Positions 8,325-16,346 are shown, counted from the first letter of the stretch. The stretch is DNA of 24,000 nucleotides from Oxalobacteraceae bacterium (GCA_965194545.1 CBDAEJ010000003.1:25208-49207), one strand, 5' to 3'. Program-made: numbers and translations. Notes: generated by a model not told the origin, from the sequence alone.

Positions 8325-9849
8325 TCAAACCACCTCCCGCATAGCAGGCTTGTTGAATGCGTGGTGAGATCCGGTAGCGATCTTCACCGTAGCTGTGTAC
8401 GAGGTTTTGTAATACGTCACGCACTGTCTCAGTACCAATCTGGGCTGCCCATGCCAAAGGTCCGCGTGGGTAATTCACGCCAAGTCGCATGGCGGAATCC
8501 ACATCGGCTGCTGAGCAGACGCCTTGGTTCACCGCATCGGCAGCTTCATTCGCTAGCATCGCTACCGTGCGCATCACAGCCAGACCGGGAACATCTTTCA
8601 TGAGCGAGACTTGCAAGCCCGCAGTCTGCAGCAATGCGATGGCGCTATCGCGCGCTGAGGGGGCACATTGCTGAGCGCAGCTGATAGCGATGCGCGAGGC
8701 ACTACCGTAGTCGAATGCGAGATCGAGCAGCACCGTATTACGCACACCGGATTCAGCTGCGCGTTGGGTTGCACTGCGGCCATCGGTGATAAATATGGCG
8801 GCATCACCGACCGTCGCGATACGTCCATCGGATGAATGAGCATCCGATACTAGCGGGGTGTTCGTGTTCGAGAGTCGCGTTGCCAGTGCGGCAGTGACCT
8901 CGCTATTGCCGTGTAGCGTCACCGCAGCGTTCAATACACGCGGCGCTTCAGTCGCTGCGACTACCTTGTCAGCACCCTCGCGGTAATCGTAAAACCCGCG
9001 TCCACTCTTGCGACCGAGGAAACCGCCCTCGAGCAGTTCTTGTTGAATCAGCGAAGGTGTAAAGCGCGTGTCATGGAAAAAAGCGGTCCACACTGAACGC
9101 GTCACGGCAAAGTTGACGTCATGTCCAATCAAATCCATCAACTCGAACGGCCCCATCCGAAATCCACCGGCTTCACGCATCACTGCATCAATGGTGGCGA
9201 CATCCGCTGCACCTTCTTGCAGCAAGCGTAGTGCCTCAGCGTAGTAGGGCCGCGCAACGCGATTCACAATGAAACCCGGTGTGGAGCGCGCGTGTACGGG
9301 TGTTTTACCCCAGGCTTTGGCGGTAGCAAACAAGGTGGCGGCGACCGCCGTATCGGTACCGATGCCGCTGACGATCTCCACCAAGGGCATCAGGGGCGCA
9401 GGGTTGAAGAAATGCAGACCCGCTAAGCGTTCCGGGCGCTTGAGTGCAGCGCCGATTGCAGTGACTGAAATCGATGAAGTATTGGTGGCGAGGATAGCCG
9501 TGTCAGAGACCAATGTTTCCAAGGCGACGAACAGCGATTGTTTCGCCGCCAGATCTTCGACAATAGCCTCGATCAGTAGTGCTGCGTGGGTCAGTTCGGG
9601 TAAGGATGTGGCAAGGCAGAGCCGCGCACTCGCTGACTGCGCTGCCTCAGGTGTGAGGCGGCCTTTGTCGGCGAGCTTCGTGAGCTGGGACTGGATGGCT
9701 TTGATTGCTGACGCTGCCGCACCATCACGTGTGTCCAGCAACAAGACCTCATGCCCGGCGAGCGCCGCGATTTGCGCAATGCCGCTGCCCATGGCACCCG
9801 CGCCGATGACGGCGACGGTGCTGCTGCTGGGTAGCGGCGTCGCGCTCAT
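8317..9849 (-). CDS. paaH: 3-hydroxyadipyl-CoA dehydrogenase PaaH (long form, 3-hydroxyacyl-CoA dehydrogenase family)
   Basis: 510 aa. It has an N-terminal Rossmann motif VAVIGAGAMGSGIAQIAALAGHEV, 3HCDH motifs (ILATNTSSISVT, HFFNPAP, GFIVNRV), and a second C-terminal 3HCDH_C-like repeat (PGLAVMRTVAMLANEA..GVNYPRGPL). Confidence 0.88.
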   Translation of the reverse strand: MSATPLPSSSTVAVIGAGAMGSGIAQIAALAGHEVLLLDTRDGAAASAIKAIQSQLTKLADKGRLTPEAAQSASARLCLATSLPELTHAALLIEAIVEDLAAKQSLFVALETLVSDTAILATNTSSISVTAIGAALKRPERLAGLHFFNPAPLMPLVEIVSGIGTDTAVAATLFATAKAWGKTPVHARSTPGFIVNRVARPYYAEALRLLQEGAADVATIDAVMREAGGFRMGPFELMDLIGHDVNFAVTRSVWTAFFHDTRFTPSLIQQELLEGGFLGRKSGRGFYDYREGADKVVAATEAPRVLNAAVTLHGNSEVTAALATRLSNTNTPLVSDAHSSDGRIATVGDAAIFITDGRSATQRAAESGVRNTVLLDLAFDYGSASRIAISCAQQCAPSARDSAIALLQTAGLQVSLMKDVPGLAVMRTVAMLANEAADAVNQGVCSAADVDSAMRLGVNYPRGPLAWAAQIGTETVRDVLQNLVHSYGEDRYRISPRIQQACYAGGGLND

Positions 9850-9852
9850 GGT

Positions 9853-11520
9853 TTAGACGTGATATCGCCGCTGCACAACAACGAAGCGGTTGGCGACGTA
9901 CGCTGCATCGGTATACGAAGCATTAGCCGCCGGGTTTGCGCCGGTGCCATGGAAATCCGAGAACGCTGCCGACTGATTGACGAAGACGCCACCGGTCAGA
10001 TTGATCGATAGCGCCACCTTGGCGTTCAAGGTCGCCTGCGTCATCGCATCAATCACCTCGTCGTGTGTGGAGTAGACACCTACCGTCAAAGCACCTTGGG
10101 TATTCACCAAGTGCTCCGAGCGCTTGATGGAGGCTGCAGTATCGGGCGTTTTGACGATAAAGCTGATTGGTCCGAAGCATTCATGGCCATACGCAGCCTC
10201 ATCGCTGGCATCGCACGCAATCAACGCGGGCGTATGTACCTGCGCATGCGGGAACTCGGGGTTATCCAGCTTGTTGGATGCCAGCACGACTTTACCGAGC
10301 TTGCCGCTGTTGGCTTGGGCGATACGTTGTACGGTATCTGGTGAGCGAATCGCACCGAGAATCGCCAGTGCTACTTCTGGCTTGGCGAGGAAGTGGCTGA
10401 CTGCATTGCCCAGATCCGAGCAGAATTCGTCATACGACTTGTGTCCTTCGTCGGTATCAATACCCCCCGCCGGTACGAACAAAGCCTGCGAGGTGGTACA
10501 CATCTGCCCGGAGTACAGCGACAGCGTGAAGGCCAGATTACCCAGCATACGCTTGTAGCTGTCGGTGGAATCAACCACGATGTTATTGACACCAGCCAGC
10601 TCGGCATACACATGGGCTTGTCGGCAATGATCGATGAGCCACTGCCCAAACGCATTGCTACCCGTGAAATCAATCGACTTCACTGCCGGGTGCGTCACCA
10701 AGTGCTGTGTTGCCTCGCGCTTGTCGGTAACGCAGAGGCTGACCAGATTAGGGTCAATACCGTTCTCTGCTAGCACCGCGCGTACGGTTCGTACCGTCAT
10801 CGCTACCGGCAGTATCGCGACTTCATGCGGCTTGATGATCACCGCATTACCCGTTGCGAGCGCCGCGAATAATCCGGGATAGGTATTCCAGGTCGGGAAG
10901 GTGCTGCAACCGACCACCACAGACACGCCACGGCCGACGATCTCGAAATGCTTCTTCATCACTAGCGGTGGGTTCTTGCCTTGCGGCTTTTCCCAAACCG
11001 CTTCGCTTGGCACAAAACTTTGCTCGCGCCAGGCGTAGGCGACTGCTTCCAGACCACGGTCTTGCGCGTGCGGTGAGCCCGCCTGAAACGCCATCATCCA
11101 ACCTTGGCCCGAGGTGAGCATCACCGCATGCGCTAATTCGAAACTTTGTTTGTTGAGACGATCAAGAATCTCGAGGCAAATACCGGTGCGGCCTTCGGCA
11201 CCGATTTTTTGCCAGGCCGGCATCGCAGCCTGCGCCGCTTGTATTAAGGCATCCGGATCGCATACGGGGTAGGACACATTTAGCGCTGTGCCATAGGGGG
11301 ATGTCTCTTGGTCATACCAACCGCCCAAGCCCGGCTGATCAATCTCGAAGCGTTTACCCAGCAACTGGTCGAACGCCGCTTTGCCGGCCACATCCGAGCC
11401 TTCGCCGTAATTGCGCGGACTGGGGTGCTCTCCGTAGGCTGACCAGTACTGGCGGGTGTGGATGGCTTGCAGGGCGCCGTCGAGTGTGGCGCGGTGTTTG
11501 TCGAGCAGGGGGTGCGACAT
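9853..11520 (-). CDS. paaN: Phenylacetic acid degradation aldehyde dehydrogenase PaaN (ALDH-only type, no fused MaoC hydratase domain)
   Basis: ALDH superfamily motifs are present (IDFTGSNAFG, catalytic-Cys context YSGQMCTTSQALFVP). It is the first gene of the paa operon. I prefer the ATG at 11520 (MSHPLLDKH..), which is preceded by GGGAGA 7 nt upstream. The longest ORF extends to 11586. Confidence 0.85.
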   Translation of the reverse strand: MSHPLLDKHRATLDGALQAIHTRQYWSAYGEHPSPRNYGEGSDVAGKAAFDQLLGKRFEIDQPGLGGWYDQETSPYGTALNVSYPVCDPDALIQAAQAAMPAWQKIGAEGRTGICLEILDRLNKQSFELAHAVMLTSGQGWMMAFQAGSPHAQDRGLEAVAYAWREQSFVPSEAVWEKPQGKNPPLVMKKHFEIVGRGVSVVVGCSTFPTWNTYPGLFAALATGNAVIIKPHEVAILPVAMTVRTVRAVLAENGIDPNLVSLCVTDKREATQHLVTHPAVKSIDFTGSNAFGQWLIDHCRQAHVYAELAGVNNIVVDSTDSYKRMLGNLAFTLSLYSGQMCTTSQALFVPAGGIDTDEGHKSYDEFCSDLGNAVSHFLAKPEVALAILGAIRSPDTVQRIAQANSGKLGKVVLASNKLDNPEFPHAQVHTPALIACDASDEAAYGHECFGPISFIVKTPDTAASIKRSEHLVNTQGALTVGVYSTHDEVIDAMTQATLNAKVALSINLTGGVFVNQSAAFSDFHGTGANPAANASYTDAAYVANRFVVVQRRYHV

Positions 11521-11633
11521 CGGTGTTTCTCCCGGTGGCATTGAGGCGAACGTGGGGCGAGCAGCTAGCGCTGACCCTGATAGCACCGATTACGATACCG
11601 CAAAATCAAATCTCCGGCAACTTCAGGTATCAA

Positions 11634-11647
11634 AATATGCGCATATT
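11634..11647. promoter_or_regulatory. Perfect 14-bp palindrome AATATGCGCATATT in the paaN / MFS divergent intergenic region (candidate operator)
   Basis: Checked base by base: pairs 11640/11641 outward to 11634/11647 are all complementary. It lies about 115 nt upstream of the preferred paaN start, within a 487-bp non-coding divergent region. Confidence 0.4.
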
Positions 11648-12007
11648 GGGTGATGCTTTTGGATCGCTTGCAAATCATTGCCTAGTCGCCTTGCTCCGCT
11701 GCAGATGACGGGACCCAAGAGGGCTGTTGCCGAGAGGCGATTGGCCGAAATGACAGTGCTTTAAAGATACAAAATAAAAACAACTGTATAAAATTACGTA
11801 TCAAGAATGCGTTCTTTGGGGCAACGCCTTCCCAAGGGGATTCTGCTTGCAGTCGAGTACACTGCGCCAATTTTCCAGTACATCCAACACATCCATGAAC
11901 CTGTTCTCCCCCGCCAGGCTTTGCGCGGCCACCAGACCGACACCCATGATTCCGATACAGCCTGAGCCGGGCAGTGGGCACGCTGCCGTGACCGACTGGA
12001 GCCGCGC

Positions 12008-13324
12008 GTGAGCCCTCAACAGCCGACTACCGACGCGGCCGCAGTGTCCGACGATGCGCTGCGCGATGTGGTGTACCGCAAGGCGATGCTGCGCTTTATG
12101 CCCTTGCTGTGTTTGTGCCTGGTCGCAGCCTATCTGGATCGGGTGAATGTCGGCTTCGCCAAGCTGACCATGCTCGATGATCTGGGGTTCAGTAATACCG
12201 TCTTTGGTCTTGGTGCCGGCGTGTTCTTTTTGGGGTACTTCTTGTTCGAGGTACCGAGTAACGCACTGCTGCATCGCATTGGCGCACGTGCCTGGATTGC
12301 CCGCATCATGATCACCTGGGGCGTGATTGGGGCGCTCATGCCTTTCGTACAAACACCGACCCAGTTTTACATTCTGCGTTTCTTGCTGGGTGTGGCCGAG
12401 GCGGGCTTTAGTCCCGGTGCGATGTACTTTATCGCTTGCTGGTTCCCGTCTGACCGGCGCGGCCGCATGCTGGCGCTTTACTTGACTGCGGTACCGTTAT
12501 CGAGCGTCATCGGCGGCCCCTTGTCGGGCTACATTCTCGCGGCTTTTGCGGATGTCGGCGGCTGGCATGGTTGGCAGTGGTTGTTCTTGATCGAGACCAT
12601 CCCCTCGATTGTGCTGGGCTTCGTCGTACTGAAAGTGCTGATTGACCGCCCTGCTGATGCACCCTGGCTGAGTGAACAAGAGGCCGCTCTGATTACAGCT
12701 GACTTGGCGCGCGAGGCAGAACGGAATCAAGAATACACAGGATTTTTCAGTGCGCTGCGCAGCAAGTTGGTATGGCAGCTCAGCATTGCCTACTTCTGCA
12801 TCGTTAGCGCGGTGTATGTGCTGATTTTCTGGTTGCCGACGCTGATCAAGCAGCATGGAATCAGCGACCCGGTACAGATCGGCTGGTTAACGGCGGTCCC
12901 GTACTTCTGTGCCATCGTTGCCTCGCTCCTCAATAATGCGCATGCTGACCGTCACCGTGAGCGTCGCTGGCATACCGCTCTACCGTGTATCGTGACAGCG
13001 ATTGGTATGGCCGTCAGCTGGGTACACTTTGATAGCTTATTGCTCACCATGTTGGTGCTGAGTGTTACTGCCGCAGCGGCTTCAACCACGCAGGCAGCTT
13101 TCTGGAGCGTACCGCCGACTTTCTTGAGTGGCGCTGCTGCTGCCGCTGGTTTGGCATTGATCAACTCGATCGGCAATATTGGTGGCATGGTCAGCACGTC
13201 GCTGGTGGGTTGGATCACTGACCTCACTGGCAACTCGCAAAACAGCTTGATTCTGTTTGCCGGTATCTTGTTGGTGAGCGTGGTGTTGGTGGTGAGGTTG
13301 CCTGCGCATTTGGTCGACAGGTAA
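12008..13324 (+). CDS. MFS transporter, anion:cation symporter (ACS)-like family (possible aromatic/organic acid permease)
   Basis: 438 aa and about 12 TM. YRKAMLRFMPLLCLCLVAAYLDRVNVGFAKLTMLDDLGFS...FLGYFLFEVPSN...FLLGVAEAGFSPG is typical of the ACS-family N-terminal half (DRxNxxxA motif). The start is uncertain: GTG 12008 or GTG 12044. Confidence 0.85.
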   Translation: MSPQQPTTDAAAVSDDALRDVVYRKAMLRFMPLLCLCLVAAYLDRVNVGFAKLTMLDDLGFSNTVFGLGAGVFFLGYFLFEVPSNALLHRIGARAWIARIMITWGVIGALMPFVQTPTQFYILRFLLGVAEAGFSPGAMYFIACWFPSDRRGRMLALYLTAVPLSSVIGGPLSGYILAAFADVGGWHGWQWLFLIETIPSIVLGFVVLKVLIDRPADAPWLSEQEAALITADLAREAERNQEYTGFFSALRSKLVWQLSIAYFCIVSAVYVLIFWLPTLIKQHGISDPVQIGWLTAVPYFCAIVASLLNNAHADRHRERRWHTALPCIVTAIGMAVSWVHFDSLLLTMLVLSVTAAAASTTQAAFWSVPPTFLSGAAAAAGLALINSIGNIGGMVSTSLVGWITDLTGNSQNSLILFAGILLVSVVLVVRLPAHLVDR

Positions 13325-13329
13325 GCAGG

Positions 13330-13725
13330 ATGCGGCTCCTGATTGTGTATGACGGCGCTTGTCCGTTTTGCAGTGCATACACCGGTTTGCTGCAGCTACG
13401 TGAGCAAATGTACGTTGAGCTCCTCAGTGCGCGCAGCGATGATGCGCGGATTGATGGATTTCGGGCAGCGGGCTACCGTTTGGACGAGGGCATGCTGCTG
13501 CAAATGAATGGTGAGGTATATGCGGGTGCTGAAGCCATGCACCGTCTGGCAATACTGTCGACACGCGGTGGCTTGCTAAACCGTTTACAGCGTTTTGTGT
13601 TTGCCCGTCGCTGGTTGGCGCATGCGCTTTATCCTTGGCTGCGAGTAGGGCGTCGTCTCGCGCTCTATGTGCGGCGAGTGCCCTTGATTGACGGGCCGGG
13701 CCCACTAGCCGAAAAGAAGCCCTAG
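13330..13725 (+). CDS. DCC1-like thiol-disulfide oxidoreductase (DUF393 family)
   Basis: 131 aa. N-terminal LIVYDGACPFCSAY carries the YDGxCxxC motif that defines DUF393/DCC proteins. The gene starts 5 nt after the MFS stop. Confidence 0.75.
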   Translation: MRLLIVYDGACPFCSAYTGLLQLREQMYVELLSARSDDARIDGFRAAGYRLDEGMLLQMNGEVYAGAEAMHRLAILSTRGGLLNRLQRFVFARRWLAHALYPWLRVGRRLALYVRRVPLIDGPGPLAEKKP

Positions 13726-13727
13726 AG

Positions 13728-13967
13728 ATGTTCCTGCGCGCGCTGTTGCCTTTGCTAGTGGTCATGCTCAGTGCTTGCACGAGCACTAGCAGCGGCCCGG
13801 ATGGCGAGACGCGCTATCGGTACAGCACTTTTGATTTTTCTGGAAAATCTTGGGTGGCGCAAAAGCAGCACTGTGAGACGCTGGGTATGAAGCCGAAACA
13901 TCTGGAGACCGTCTGCGGTTTTTTGCTATGCACCAGTCGCTATGCTTGTGAGCCCAAGACTCAGTAG
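13728..13967 (+). CDS. Small Cys-rich lipoprotein (79-aa precursor), unknown function
   Basis: A signal peptide ends in the lipobox: MFLRALLPLLVVMLSAC (L-S-A-C). The mature 62 aa contain 4 further Cys (positions 49, 63, 68, 73 of the precursor). The ATG is 2 nt after the DCC stop, with a purine-rich GAAAAGAAG upstream. Confidence 0.6.
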   Translation: MFLRALLPLLVVMLSACTSTSSGPDGETRYRYSTFDFSGKSWVAQKQHCETLGMKPKHLETVCGFLLCTSRYACEPKTQ

Positions 13968-14034
13968 CACGTAAGCACTTAATAGCAACAATGCGCTTAC
14001 CGAATCAAATGTTTTGAGGGCATCGAAGCCTCGC

Positions 14035-14826
14035 TCACCACAAGCGTGCGCAATAAATCATTGCCGGAAAACTCACTAGCCACGCCCACACGAAGCGGTT
14101 GAGACCGAAGAAGGCAAATACCAGCAAATGAAATACCAGCGCGATAGCGCAGAACACAAATGCAAATAGCGGACCCAAAAACACCATCGGTACCGCACAT
14201 TCCCAAAGAATAAAACCCCACGAGCAAGCGATAGCTACGAATCGGTGGCGAAACACGCTATCCGCTGCGAGCGGGCCATAGATGCCGCCATCGAGAAAAT
14301 AGGGCAGTGCGATGCCATTGCGCCACTCGCGTGAAAACAGCTTGATTGTCCCCGAGATGAAATAAGAGGTCATTGTTTGCAGGCAGACGTAACCGAGTCC
14401 TGCTTGCCAAGCGAGCACGGGGCTGACAAAGAATTGCCCCCAGTGCGCGATCATCAAGCCGGTAAGGGCGATGATGGTCATGAAATCACTGCCACCATTG
14501 AAAGCGCCCCGCCAGCGGATCAGGATGATGACCGTACTGAAAAAAAGTAGCGTGGCACTGACAATGCTGCTACCCCAATACAAACTGGCCGCTGCAGCAA
14601 GGCGTAGTAGCAGATGTGTTTTGTGGATGTGTTCGCTGAACAACCAATCAAAGGCCTTGCGTACTGCTATTGAGGCATGCGCTAGATCGCCGCGTTGAAT
14701 AGTCCAACTCCACAGCGCATCGGGTTGCTGTGTTGAGCGGATGCGCAAAAACTCCAGCGTCTGGATCAGCAAGCTGGTCGCCAGCAGGCACTCGAAGCTA
14801 CGCAAGGCGATATAGAGCGGCGGCAT
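14035..14826 (-). CDS. HTTM-domain (vitamin K-dependent gamma-carboxylase-like / SdpB-like) integral membrane protein
   Basis: 263 aa, multi-pass. SYFISGTIKLFSREWRNG matches the HTTM signature as I recall it from human GGCX (VYFIAGVKKLDADWVEG). RWRGAFNGGSDFMTIIALTGL and FFGLNRFVWAW also fit bacterial HTTM proteins. Its ATG is 1 nt from the stop of the upstream 171-aa gene. Confidence 0.7.
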   Translation of the reverse strand: MPPLYIALRSFECLLATSLLIQTLEFLRIRSTQQPDALWSWTIQRGDLAHASIAVRKAFDWLFSEHIHKTHLLLRLAAAASLYWGSSIVSATLLFFSTVIILIRWRGAFNGGSDFMTIIALTGLMIAHWGQFFVSPVLAWQAGLGYVCLQTMTSYFISGTIKLFSREWRNGIALPYFLDGGIYGPLAADSVFRHRFVAIACSWGFILWECAVPMVFLGPLFAFVFCAIALVFHLLVFAFFGLNRFVWAWLVSFPAMIYCARLW

Positions 14827-14827
14827 C

Positions 14828-15343
14828 TCAGGCCTGCAATTCTGGTGAGACGAGTATGGTCATCGATTCACTTGGTGTCTCTAGCGGTGGCACTTGCATG
14901 ATCTGAAATTGCCACCGACAGCCACTCACACCCTGTTGCTGTAGCAGGCTACGCGCCAGCCGCATGACCATGTGGTAGCTAACGAGGTCGCTTGCTGACT
15001 TTTCATCGGGCAGCGTTTGAATGTCAAATGCGAGATGGTCGATCAGGTTTTGGTTGGCAAGGAGCAGATTGTTTCGCGCGTTATGAAACAGATCGCGTGG
15101 CGAGAATAGTGCGCGTGGCATGAACATCTGCCACTCACTCCATGACCCGTCTGCTTGCTGGGTGCGAAGAAACAGCCTTGGTTGTGAGCCGAACCCATGG
15201 TAAAAGCGCCAATTCGGAAAGAAGCTGCGAAGCAGATACCACCATGGCCCCGAGACTTCGCGACCACGCAGAATCAGGCTGCCGAACACGAAAGCGAAGT
15301 AGGCGGCAATCAGTATGAGAGTGAGGGTGGAGGTCGAGGTCAC
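14828..15343 (-). CDS. Single-pass membrane protein, possible SdpA-like partner of the HTTM protein
   Basis: 171 aa with one N-terminal TM (LTLILIAAYFAFVFGSLIL) followed by a soluble domain. SFFPNWRFYHGF weakly resembles the P-Q-x-W-x-F-F motif I associate with SdpA-family proteins. It is translationally coupled to the HTTM gene. The GTG start has no clear SD. Confidence 0.5.
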   Translation of the reverse strand: MTSTSTLTLILIAAYFAFVFGSLILRGREVSGPWWYLLRSFFPNWRFYHGFGSQPRLFLRTQQADGSWSEWQMFMPRALFSPRDLFHNARNNLLLANQNLIDHLAFDIQTLPDEKSASDLVSYHMVMRLARSLLQQQGVSGCRWQFQIMQVPPLETPSESMTILVSPELQA

Positions 15344-15493
15344 GCGTTGGTTTCAATGAAATGCCAGCCAGCGGCGCGACTTCGCTGAACGGCGAAGTCC
15401 GAACTGGTTACCCCATGATTTTATTCTAGCTGCGCCCGGTTTCGGGCCATCCCTGTGCATCGCTGAATTAAACTAAGGTCTTATTTCATTTTC

Positions 15494-16321
15494 GTGACGG
15501 TCAACGCGCTTTATTCATGTGTATCCAGCCCATGCAGCAATACGCAAAACAATCAGATCATCAGCAGGTCCGTCTTGGCTGAGACACGCGACACTACTGG
15601 CGGTTTGCGCTGGCATTTGCGCGCACTGTGGCGCCGCCGTCAGTGGCACGAGACTACGCGGCAAATCGCTGAATGGCTTGATACCACCCAGCCTGCATCG
15701 CGCCATTTATTGCTGATCGGCGGCAGCGCGGGTTGGATGATGTCTGGACGCTGGCTACAGCGATTCTCGCGCATTGATCTGATCGACCTTGATCCGTTTG
15801 CGTATCGCCTGTTTAGTTGGAATCACGGACGTGCTTTGCGCGAATCTGGCACCGAGTTGCACTACGCTTCGATCGATGCGCTCGCGAATTTGGATGCGCT
15901 TTTACGAAAGCACCCGGATGCGACACTCTTTTTCGACAATGTCTTAGGTCAGCATTTGTTCCGGATATGGCAGATTGAGCGTGCTGAAGCCGATCTGGCC
16001 CGCACTGCCCAACAGCTGAAGGGTCGCGACTGGGGTAGTGTGCATGACTTGTTCTCAGGGCCGACCGACCCGCTCAAGGTACCCGTCTCAGCAGTCACGC
16101 AATTCGATGCCGTACGCGACGCGAATGGGCTTCTGGCAGACGGCTTGCGCGGAACGCCGCTTCACCTGCGGCTGCTGGCACAGGTGGGTGGTCAGCCAGA
16201 GTGGGTGGATCATCTGACCTCTGAGCTGTTCCCCGTGGGTACGACTAGTCGCCTGATTGCCTGGCCGTTCGTGCCGGACTATGCACACTGGCTACAGGCA
16301 GGATGGGTGTCAGGCAGGTAG
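15494..16321 (+). CDS. Hypothetical protein with Rossmann-like (methyltransferase-like?) motifs
   Basis: 275-aa ORF with coding-like composition and no competing long ORF. HLLLIGGSAGW...RIDLIDLDP...LFFDNVLGQ loosely resembles class-I SAM-MTase motifs I, II and IV. The N-terminal 30 aa look non-native, so the true start may be downstream (for example TTG 15575). Confidence 0.55.
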   Translation: MTVNALYSCVSSPCSNTQNNQIISRSVLAETRDTTGGLRWHLRALWRRRQWHETTRQIAEWLDTTQPASRHLLLIGGSAGWMMSGRWLQRFSRIDLIDLDPFAYRLFSWNHGRALRESGTELHYASIDALANLDALLRKHPDATLFFDNVLGQHLFRIWQIERAEADLARTAQQLKGRDWGSVHDLFSGPTDPLKVPVSAVTQFDAVRDANGLLADGLRGTPLHLRLLAQVGGQPEWVDHLTSELFPVGTTSRLIAWPFVPDYAHWLQAGWVSGR

Positions 16322-16346
16322 GCCTCTGCGGAAGCACCGATGCATT

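Noticed and set aside
8049-9856. + strand ORFs of 184 aa (8049-8603) and 195 aa (9269-9856)
   Set aside because: They are antisense to paaI and paaH. Their sequences are Arg/Ser/Ala-rich and nonsense-like, consistent with shadow ORFs.
11587-11760. Search for an E. coli-type PaaX operator (TGATTC ... about 27 bp ... GAATCA) upstream of paaN
   Set aside because: Only weak partial matches were found (TGATGC / GCAAATCA). I cannot claim a canonical PaaX box, so I reported the perfect palindrome separately instead.
11682-12352. Minus-strand ORFs of 99 aa (11682-11981) and 183 aa (11801-12352) in or near the paaN-MFS intergenic region
   Set aside because: The 183-aa ORF is antisense to the well-supported MFS N-terminus. 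The 99-aa ORF has odd composition, no SD and no motifs. The region is better explained as divergent promoter/leader DNA.
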